From: Conexivisphaerales archaeon | GTDB lineage: Archaea > Thermoproteota > Nitrososphaeria > Conexivisphaerales > DTJL01 | Length of the DNA: 22,657 bases | Direction: 5' to 3' | NCBI GenBank assembly: GCA_049509455.1 | Contig: JBEKZX010000023.1 | Span: 1-22,657, forward strand | Part shown: positions 1 through 6,756 of the stretch, one piece after another | Position numbering within the stretch: the stretch's first letter is position 1 | Layout: every line of letters begins with the position of its first letter | Made by a program: the position numbers and the translations under genes | The notes under the pieces: generated by a model | What the model was told of the DNA's origin: nothing | The model's input: only the letters and a program-made list of their open reading frames with translations | Database searches by the model: none

Positions 1-194
1 ACGAGCTTCAGGCCGAACTCCGAAGCGAGAGACCCTGTCAATTTGAGGACGTCAAGGTAGCCCCTGCCGAGGAGGCGCTTGAGCTCCCAGCCCTTGAGGC
101 CAGGCTGGAAGTGGCGCTGGTAGAGCAGTGTCGTAAGGCCCTTCAAGGCCTTCTCCCTGATCTCCTGCGTGTCCTTGTCCTGTTCCTGTGTCAC
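1..194 (-). CDS. Partial CDS (3' end beyond window): probable winged-helix KITE-like subunit (ScpB/Nse3-MAGE-like) of the SMC operon
   Basis: Not in the ORF track; translated by hand from GTG at 194: VTQEQDKDTQEIREKALKGLTTLLYQRHFQPGLKGWELKRLLGRGYLDVLKLTGSLASEFGLKL, open to the window edge. A GGGTGAT SD-like motif overlaps the kleisin stop. An alternative GTG at 203 overlaps that stop as GTGA. The KITE identity is inferred from gene position and from the LL...P....EL..L....Y..VL.......FGL.L pattern. Confidence 0.6.
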   Translation of the reverse strand, partial: MTQEQDKDTQEIREKALKGLTTLLYQRHFQPGLKGWELKRLLGRGYLDVLKLTGSLASEFGLKL

Positions 195-199
195 CCATA

Positions 200-928
200 T
201 CACCCTAGTGAAATCGCAACGGACCTGTCGACGTTGCCGTCCGCAGCCGTTATGAGATAATCCGAAGTCGACGGATCATAGCGGAGGGCGAACGCCCCCC
301 TCATGCAGAGGTGGGCAAGAGAGTAGGTCTCCTTGAGCTTCTCGGCCCCCTGGAAGTCGCCCGCGAACTCCTTGAAGGGAAGGGGGCCTTCGGTAAGCCT
401 CCGGCTGACCCTGAGGAATGTGGACTGGAGGCGCCCTTCAAGCTCCTGGGGGTCCATCCTGATGGTCTCATAGTCGGTCCCTTGGTCAGCTAGTGCCAGC
501 GGCCCCAGCCGGGCGAGGGAGCCCCATCCGTAGAGCTGCACCCAGTAGTCGGCGGCTTCGAGCAGCCTCGAGGTGGGCATCAGCTTCGCGGCGGCCGGGG
601 GATGGTGCGCCTCCCCCAGCGCCCCGGCGATGTCAGAGACGCTAAGGGACATCAGCTTGGAGGTCAGGAGCCCCGGGTCCACCTGGAAGGTCGTGAGCTG
701 GAAGGTGAGCCATTCGTCCTGCAGGCCGACGACCTTGCTGACCGCGTTTATGGCCTGGGCGTCGGCGAGGAGGTCCTGCCTCCCAAGTTCCTTGAGGTCC
801 TTCTTCAGCCTCCTCAGTATGGGCTTGACCTCCACAGCGAAGGGATCTCCTCCCTGGTCCTTGAGGTCATCAGGGAGCGAAGCCACCCTGAGCCTGTACT
901 CCTTCGCGTCACTCGACCTGGCTGACAC
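200..928 (-). CDS. ScpA-like kleisin, 242 aa
   Basis: N-terminal DPFAVEVKPIL...DLLADAQAINAVSKVVGLQDEWL resembles the ScpA N-helical domain (DPWDIDI...DL...A..L). C-terminal LPFKEF...ETYSLAHLCMRGAFALRYDPSTSDYLI resembles the kleisin C-terminal winged helix. The GTG start overlaps the SMC gene end by 20 nt. Confidence 0.7.
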   Translation of the reverse strand: MSARSSDAKEYRLRVASLPDDLKDQGGDPFAVEVKPILRRLKKDLKELGRQDLLADAQAINAVSKVVGLQDEWLTFQLTTFQVDPGLLTSKLMSLSVSDIAGALGEAHHPPAAAKLMPTSRLLEAADYWVQLYGWGSLARLGPLALADQGTDYETIRMDPQELEGRLQSTFLRVSRRLTEGPLPFKEFAGDFQGAEKLKETYSLAHLCMRGAFALRYDPSTSDYLITAADGNVDRSVAISLG

Positions 929-2840
929 CCTTGGCCACCTTGACCTGCGAAGCCATAGCCACCTTCTGGACCATTATGTAGTGAGCGGATTCGTCGTAGA
1001 ACGCCGGCGAGCCCGGCGTTATGACGAGGTACTGCACCGACCTGTCCGCCTTGAAGTAGTCGTGGAGGGCCCTGATGAATGTCTCGCGGCTGGAAGGGTC
1101 CATGTGCACGTCGAACTCGTCCACGGCCCTGAACGGGGAGATGATGTGCTCCTGGAGGGCGAGCAGGAAGGCGGTGACGGCCGAGCTCCGCTCGCCTCCG
1201 CTCTGAGTGTACGCGTCCAGCGGGACCAAGTCTTGTCCCCTGAAGGCCACTTGGATTTCGAGGCCAGCCTTGAGTGGGTCGTCCTCTCCGACAATCCTCA
1301 CTCTTCCGCTGCCGCCGATCAGAGAGAGCATCTTGCCGTAGCTCTCGTTGACCCCGGAGACGAGTCCGTCCAGTTGCTTGCGCCACACCTTGAACCTCTC
1401 GTTGACCTCCTTGAGGGTGACCTCCTTGTTCTCCTTCAGCTTGTCCAGCTTCCCGGAGAGGTCCTGTATCCTAGCCTGGAAATCGCGGTAGATCTGCTCG
1501 GCCTCCTGAGGGATGTCACCCAGCTGGACCAGCTGCGCTTCGTCCACCTTGATGACAAGTTGGACGTCGCCCAGGCTCCTCGTAGAGGTCACCCGGGGGC
1601 CGAGGGCTTCGGCCGCAGACTTCGCCGCCACCAGCTCTTCCTGCGACGAGACCTGCTGCCCTTCGAGCGCCTTCAGCTCCCTTTTCTTCTCGTTGAGGCG
1701 GTAGTCCAATACGGCGACCTTCTCTCTCGACGCGGCGTATGCCTCGACCTTGTCGGGGAACTTGGAGTTCTCGACGCCCAGACCCCTTTCGACGGAGGAG
1801 ATTTCGTCCTCCAGCGTCTTGACCCTCCCCTGTCCAGAGCCGAGCACCTTCTCGACCTCCTTGGCAAGGTCCTTCGGAGCGTCCTGCAGCGCGGCCTTCA
1901 GAGAGCCGTATGACGAAGAATCATGTTGAATCGTCAGCAGGTCACCGCGCAGCCTGGAAAGGCCCCTCTCTCCCTTGAGCAGCAACTCGAGGGCATCGGC
2001 GATGGCCTTGGACCGTTCCTGGACGTCTCCCTGCCCTTCGGCCAGCTTCGTCGTCATTTCAGCGATGGTCGATTCGGCCTCCTTGATGCGCTGTGCGATG
2101 GAGGCGAGCTTCTCCTCCTCTCTTGAGACCCTGCACCACACTTCTTCCAGCCTGAACCTTGTGAGCTCCTCGCGAAGACCCCGGATTTTCACGCTCTTTT
2201 CATAGTTCTCCTGCCAGCGCGCCAAGGTGGTCTTCGCGGTCTCCAGCTCCTTCTTCTTCTCCTCCTCCTCGGTCATGATGGAATCGAGCCTGCCCTTGGC
2301 CTCCAGCAGGCTCGCCCTGTACGACGCGAGCCCGGCAGCATCTTCCACCATGGCTAGCTTCTCTTCGGGCCTGACCACGCTGAATGTGTCTCCGAGGCCC
2401 TGTTGCATCATTATGAGCATGTTGTCGGGGTTGAGCCCCAGCTTCCCCAACGTCTCCACGACGGCCTGCTTGTCCACCTCCTTGAAGTCGATCTCGAACC
2501 AGTAGGTTCCGTCCTTTCGAATGTACCTGGAGAGATGTATCGTGTCGGCCCTGAAAGGGAGAGGCCTCTTCCCCTTGACGAGAGAGTTGTCCAAGAGGAG
2601 CGTCACGCGGGAGATGTCCCTACCTCGCTTGACAAGGTCGCTGAGCTTTCGCGACCTCTCTGTAGACGCCTGGCCGAGGGCCACCGAGATGCCCAGGAGG
2701 ATGCTGGACTTCCCTGCACCGTTCGGGCCCATCACGACGTTGAGCCCCGGCTTGAGCAGGACGCGCCCGTAGTCGTAGCTCAGGAAGTTCTCAAGGATGA
2801 CCTCCTTGATGAATGGTCGGCCCTCCTCCACCTTCTCCAA
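909..2840 (-). CDS. SMC-family ATPase, compact SMC5/6-like, 643 aa
   Basis: Walker A GPNGAGKS, Q-loop MMQQG, coiled coils, LGDIPQEAEQIY kink motif, signature QSGGERS, Walker B/D-loop PFRAVDEFDVHMD. TTG start, with an in-frame TAG three codons upstream. Confidence 0.92.
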   Translation of the reverse strand: MEKVEEGRPFIKEVILENFLSYDYGRVLLKPGLNVVMGPNGAGKSSILLGISVALGQASTERSRKLSDLVKRGRDISRVTLLLDNSLVKGKRPLPFRADTIHLSRYIRKDGTYWFEIDFKEVDKQAVVETLGKLGLNPDNMLIMMQQGLGDTFSVVRPEEKLAMVEDAAGLASYRASLLEAKGRLDSIMTEEEEKKKELETAKTTLARWQENYEKSVKIRGLREELTRFRLEEVWCRVSREEEKLASIAQRIKEAESTIAEMTTKLAEGQGDVQERSKAIADALELLLKGERGLSRLRGDLLTIQHDSSSYGSLKAALQDAPKDLAKEVEKVLGSGQGRVKTLEDEISSVERGLGVENSKFPDKVEAYAASREKVAVLDYRLNEKKRELKALEGQQVSSQEELVAAKSAAEALGPRVTSTRSLGDVQLVIKVDEAQLVQLGDIPQEAEQIYRDFQARIQDLSGKLDKLKENKEVTLKEVNERFKVWRKQLDGLVSGVNESYGKMLSLIGGSGRVRIVGEDDPLKAGLEIQVAFRGQDLVPLDAYTQSGGERSSAVTAFLLALQEHIISPFRAVDEFDVHMDPSSRETFIRALHDYFKADRSVQYLVITPGSPAFYDESAHYIMVQKVAMASQVKVAKGVSQVE

Positions 2841-2866
2841 CGTCCCCTATCCACTGATTCAGCTGG

Positions 2867-2873
2867 TAATAAA
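2867..2873 (-). promoter_or_regulatory. Putative TATA box (TTTATTA) of the SMC operon
   Basis: AT-rich box ending 26 nt upstream of the TTG at 2840, the spacing typical of archaeal leaderless or short-leader transcripts. Confidence 0.55.
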
Positions 2874-2882
2874 CCGTTATGG

Positions 2883-3464
2883 ATGACAGATATGACCAGT
2901 AGAAAGCCGAGTTTAGGTGTCGTGGACATAAGAGACAGGGAGAACGTCAGGAAGGCCGACGCGAAGGCAAGGGAACTGGGCGATGGAGACGCCATGAGGC
3001 GGTTCGTTTCCAAGTATGGGTCGGTCGGCACGAAGGCCATATACACGAACGCCATCGCCCTCTACTTCCGCTGGCTGCGAAAGCTAGGAATCACCATGAC
3101 CCCTGACGAGATGGTCCTTGACAATCTGAAGTGTGTCTATGAAAGCAACGCCACCGAGGTCGCTACGAAACGAAAGCACACGGATTGGTTGGACAGGTAC
3201 GTGAACGGCGAGCTGGTGAAAGAGGGAATCGCTGAGAACACCAGGCATGGGATGGCGGCGGCGATCAAGATGTTCTACAAGCGGAACGACTCCCCCCTCT
3301 TCGACGACGACCGCGACAAGCGTAGGAAATCCAAGCGAAGAACCCCCATGCTTCACGGCGGGTCTAGACAGAAGCAATACGGGACTTCTGGCCCTCGCAA
3401 CAGGGCGAAGGCCAGGGTGTTGAATAGCCAGCGGCCTAGCAGAGCTTCGTTGACAACTGGCTAG
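2883..3464 (+). pseudogene. Truncated tyrosine recombinase/integrase-like ORF (core-binding domain only)
   Basis: This is the real part of track ORF 2403..3464 (ATG 2883 or 2892). SVGTKAIYTNAIALYFRWL and ENTRHGMAAAIKMFYKRN resemble the helical core-binding domain of integrases. After PLF (about 3300) the frame becomes low-complexity and has no R-H-R-H-Y catalytic motifs. Confidence 0.55.
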
Positions 3465-3559
3465 ATTCGGCTAACCCACACTAGGAAGCACACACCGAGA
3501 CATCTCCAAGACTCCTCAACAATCACTAAATGATCATACGTCACCGCCGGATTCCAGCC

Positions 3560-3703
3560 ATGTGCTGCGGCAACAGCGCGGAGCTGTATGAGAAGATGCG
3601 CGAATGGGAGCTGGAACAGGAAAGGTTGGCTAAACTCGCGCAACAAAAGAAGGAAGCGCAGGCCCCGGTCTTGACCGTAAAGGCCTCGGTCCCCAAGAAC
3701 TAG
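3560..3703 (+). CDS. Small hypothetical protein, 47 aa (MCCGNSAELYEKMREWELEQERLAKLAQQKKEAQAPVLTVKASVPKN)
   Basis: ATG 3560 to TAG 3701-3703, below the 60-aa track cutoff. It has G/C-ending codon bias like its neighbours, a charged helical body and an AT-rich CTAAATGATCAT element about 25-35 nt upstream. Confidence 0.5.
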   Translation: MCCGNSAELYEKMREWELEQERLAKLAQQKKEAQAPVLTVKASVPKN

Positions 3704-3731
3704 GACAGCTGCCGTACCTGCTGGCTCTCTG

Positions 3732-4697
3732 TCAGCTTGAGGAGTTTTCAATCCTCTTCGCGAACGACGCCAGCTCATCTGCCGTGGGGCTTCCCCTCGT
3801 GTCTAGCCGCGTCGCCTTGAAGCTCCCAGCATAGTTGGCCAGCATCAGGGACTCCTCTGGCGAGCGGCCCAGGACGATATGGACGGCGAAGCAACCGATG
3901 AAGGCGTCGCCGCAGCCAACGGTGTTCACAGCCTTAAGGCCCAAGGCGGAGAGGTCCACCCCAGCCACCTCCTCTTCGATGCCGGGTCCCAGCATGATCG
4001 CTCCGTTCCTCCCTCTCGTGACCACCAGCTTCAGCTCCTCCTGAGACTTGCTGAGCTCCCGGTAAGCGGCCGCCAGCGTCGAAGCGCCGGCCAGGTTCAT
4101 CACCTCTGGCTCATTGAGCACAAGGTAGTCGACATACTTCAGCAACTTGGTGACGGCTCCTGGGCCCTGGAGGGTGCGCACGCCGGGCGCCCACAGCCGA
4201 GGTATGGGGCGCTTCGACGCGGTCCATAGGAGTGCGTGAGTGAAGTCCAACGGGGTGTCCATCACGACCAGGAAGCGTATGGTGTTGAGGACCTGTTTCA
4301 CGCCGGGACTCTCGAGGAGAGTGGGCTTTAGGGAGGCGTTCGCCCCGAAATAGGTGTTGATGGCGTTCTGGCCCCGATCGTCTATGAGGATGTACGCCTG
4401 ACCCGACTCCACGTTCTTGAGCCTGACCAGGCCTCGCGCGTCCACCCCCTCTTTCTTGAATACGTCAAGCTGCCAGTCCCCCACGGCGTCGGCTCCGAGG
4501 GCCCCGATGATGCCGCTCGTGGCTGGCTTCAATAGCCGCGCCATCGCCACCGCGACGTTCGCAGCCTTGCCGCCAGGGACCCGGGTGATGCTCTTCACGG
4601 GCATCTCCTCTCCGCCCGCCGGGATCCTCTGTAGGAAGAGGTTGACGTCCGCGTTGATCGCCCCGGCCGCAGCGGCGAGTGGGCCGTAGTCCTTCAA
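3732..4697 (-). CDS. PfkB/ribokinase-family carbohydrate or nucleoside kinase
   Basis: PfkB signature 1 PGGKAANVAVAMARL, NEPE motif and signature 2 variant VNTVGCGDAF. TTG start; TTTAAA at 4726-4731, 28 nt upstream. Confidence 0.92.
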   Translation of the reverse strand: MKDYGPLAAAAGAINADVNLFLQRIPAGGEEMPVKSITRVPGGKAANVAVAMARLLKPATSGIIGALGADAVGDWQLDVFKKEGVDARGLVRLKNVESGQAYILIDDRGQNAINTYFGANASLKPTLLESPGVKQVLNTIRFLVVMDTPLDFTHALLWTASKRPIPRLWAPGVRTLQGPGAVTKLLKYVDYLVLNEPEVMNLAGASTLAAAYRELSKSQEELKLVVTRGRNGAIMLGPGIEEEVAGVDLSALGLKAVNTVGCGDAFIGCFAVHIVLGRSPEESLMLANYAGSFKATRLDTRGSPTADELASFAKRIENSSS

Positions 4698-4808
4698 ATC
4701 GTCGTTCCTTAGACGATCGAAACGATTTAAACCATTCTGGCGTGTCGAGCCGTCCCATCGACGCGCAGAGCAGTATTGCGCCAGGGCGAGGTCCGGCGTC
4801 TGTAGCTC

Positions 4809-5489
4809 CTACACCGTCTCCTTGTACATCAGGTAGAAGTCCGTCGCCGCCTGAAGGAACTCTTCGAGAGTCTGTGCGTCCTGGGTGGCCGTCCCTATGT
4901 AGTTGTCTCGGACGTGCGTGCCGAGCCTCATCAGTTCCGCCTGTATCGCAACGGCCCTGGTTGCTGTTTCCGTCGTTACCGACCCTATGACAGCCGTCGC
5001 CGCCGCCGTCGCTGCACTCTCTCCAGCCTTCTCGGTATCGTGCTTCGCAACCTCTTCAGCCTTCTCCCAGCGCCCTTCATAGAGGACCACCTTCTTCTCC
5101 TTCAGCTCGTCTGCCATCTTGTTAATGGTCTCCGCGCGTCCGTCCCCGTAGGCTTCACGAATGAATCGCTGCGCCTTCCCTTGGTGGAGGAGGCTGTAGA
5201 TGGTCTGCCTCTCTTCCTCGTTGAGAGGAGCTAACCTCTCTCCCTGCTGGGTCCCTTGCTCCGGCTGGCCTTCGGCTCTCTCTTGTGAAGCGTCAGGCCC
5301 CTTCGTTGCCTCGGCCTTCTCAACCCCACCCTTCGGAGTCTCCTCGGCCTTGCCTTGGTCGGTTCCCTCCTTTGCTGGTCGGTTGCTCGACCGACCACCT
5401 TTAGACGGTGGTCGGTTAGTGGTCGGTTGCTCACCGACCGCCGTCGCCTTGTCTGTCGGCTTATCAAGTGGCTCTGACATGACGGTCAT
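4809..5489 (-). CDS. Orphan hypothetical protein, 226 aa; low-complexity N-terminus and possible helix-turn-helix
   Basis: Open frame from ATG 5489 (or 5480). The helical segment IYSLLHQGKAQRFIREAYGDGRAETINKMA may be an HTH. No family recognised. The true start may lie further downstream because the 5' part overlaps the repeat array. Confidence 0.55.
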   Translation of the reverse strand: MTVMSEPLDKPTDKATAVGEQPTTNRPPSKGGRSSNRPAKEGTDQGKAEETPKGGVEKAEATKGPDASQERAEGQPEQGTQQGERLAPLNEEERQTIYSLLHQGKAQRFIREAYGDGRAETINKMADELKEKKVVLYEGRWEKAEEVAKHDTEKAGESAATAAATAVIGSVTTETATRAVAIQAELMRLGTHVRDNYIGTATQDAQTLEEFLQAATDFYLMYKETV

Positions 5490-5775
5490 GTGCTAATGAG
5501 ATAACGGGTTAGATGAAGCATACCCTTGATGGTGGTCGGTCGGTCGGTCGTGGTCGGTCTGCAATTGGGCAGGCGGTCGGAAACGGTCGGGAATGGTCGG
5601 GTACTACCCCCCCTGTCAGGCTGGAGCCATAGGGGAGCCGGAGGGAAAACAAGCTTAGGTCCGGCAGAAGAATTGGCCCGCCCGACCTGTCAGGGAACCC
5701 AGGCCACCCCTGAACACCGACCAACTCCGACCAGCCACTCCGGCGGATGCGGTATAACTTCGTAACCCCCCGACC
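5356..5775. repeat. Array of GGTCGG/CCGACC hexamers with palindromes and a (GGTC)n tract
   Basis: GGTCGG at 5357, 5377, 5410, 5421, 5534, 5538, 5542, 5552, 5575, 5585 and 5595. CCGACC at 5391, 5434, 5682, 5717, 5727 and 5770. (GGTC)4 at 5534-5549. Confidence 0.85.
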
Positions 5776-5885
5776 CCCTCTCTTCGCCTGCAAGTGGTCA
5801 AATTGTCAGAACCTAACTTAGCCGCAGCTACGGGAGACGCTTCATTCGGCTCTCAAGCCCTCCCGAAGTCTCCCCGAACACTGAA

Positions 5886-6709
5886 CTACCTCAGGGCGTA
5901 AGATAGACCGCCGAAGACCAGGAACGCGCCCACTAGGACTCCGACCGTCGGCGTCTGATTGAAAATGAAGACGGAAAGGGTCCCCGCCATCACGGGCTCC
6001 CCGAGGGTCGCGACGCTCACCGTCGAAGCGTTGAGGTACTTCAGGGCGTAGTTGAAGGAGGTGTAGCCGAGCACGCTGGGCCCGAGGGCCAGGGCCAGGA
6101 ATATCAGGTACTGGCCAGAGGAGTACCCAACGAGCGACTCGGATGTCGCCAAGCGGCCGACGAACAGGAAGAAGACGGCGATCAGGTAGACTGACGACGC
6201 ATAGGTTGTGACGCTCAGGTCCCTGCGGAGGCGGCGCCCGATGAGAAAGTACACGGCGACGACGAAAGCCCCGATGAGCGCAAGGAGGTCGCCCATGCCC
6301 AGCGTCTGGGCTCCCTGAGTCCCCCTTCGGCAGTGATGAGAACCACGCCAGCGAGAGCTACCACGAACCCCAGCATCGTCCGCCTTGACGGCTTCTCTCC
6401 GAGGAATACGAACGCCAGGAGGGCCGCGATCAGAGGGTCCGAGTGCACAGGAACCACGCTAGCCGTAATCGAAGTGTAGAACAGGGAGGTTATCCAAGAA
6501 GCGAAATGGATGGAGAAGAAGAGGCCCGCGATGACGAGGAGGAGGACCTCCCTCCTGCTGAGGGCCCCGAACTCCCTCCAGCCGCGAGCGACCAGCGGAA
6601 GGAGGATGAGGCCGCCAATGAAGTTTCGGTAGAAGGCGATGGCCAGCGGCGAAGCTCCGCTGAGGAAGCTCGATATGCTGCTGAATGAGACCGCGCCGAT
6701 CCCCAGCAC
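5886..6709 (-). pseudogene. EamA/DMT-family transporter split by a single frameshift
   Basis: ORF 6215..6709 carries the first EamA repeat (LAIAFYR, HFASWITSLFYTS, FLGEK) and ORF 5886..6296 the second (GDLLAL, GYTSFNYALKYL, GEPV). Adding one base to the C5 run at 6321-6325 joins them. May be a sequencing error. Confidence 0.85.
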
Positions 6710-6756
6710 CAGGGCGAGGCGAGCCCTTGAAGAGCCGGCCTCGGCGTCCCCTGAGG

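Noticed and set aside
573-1913. 446-aa plus-strand ORF and other long antisense ORFs (e.g. 6685..7971, 8263..8928, 19204..19959, 20737..21381)
   Set aside because: They lie antisense to genes with clear family motifs and have no motifs of their own. Such shadow ORFs are expected in GC-rich DNA with biased codons.
1-2840. SMC operon as a Wadjet (JetABCD/MksBEFG) defence system
   Set aside because: Gene order (SMC first), small SMC size and Smc5/6-type head motifs do not fit, and no JetD nuclease is visible. It cannot be fully excluded because the operon runs off the window.
3340-3363. GAACCCCCATGCTTCACGGCGGGT resembling an IS200/IS605 end hairpin
   Set aside because: The stem is imperfect, and no tnpA/tnpB gene or matching opposite end is visible.
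5534-5732. Repeat cluster as a CRISPR array
   Set aside because: The units are 4-9 nt, with no 24-47 nt repeats separated by uniform spacers and no cas genes in the window.
5754-5764. ATAACTTCGTA, an 11-nt match to a loxP arm; the flank also resembles a dif left arm (ATGCGGTATAA)
   Set aside because: No second inverted arm follows the 6-8 nt spacer. It is more simply a TATA-like element or a chance match.
5509-5793. ORFs 5509..5793 (-) and 5526..5765 (+)
   Set aside because: Their translations are by-products of the repeat array, with no recognisable protein character.
2841-5885. tRNA gene or att-site direct repeat bounding an integrated element
   Set aside because: No T-loop GTTCRAATC or cloverleaf and no convincing flanking direct repeat were found by eye, so element boundaries are not claimed.
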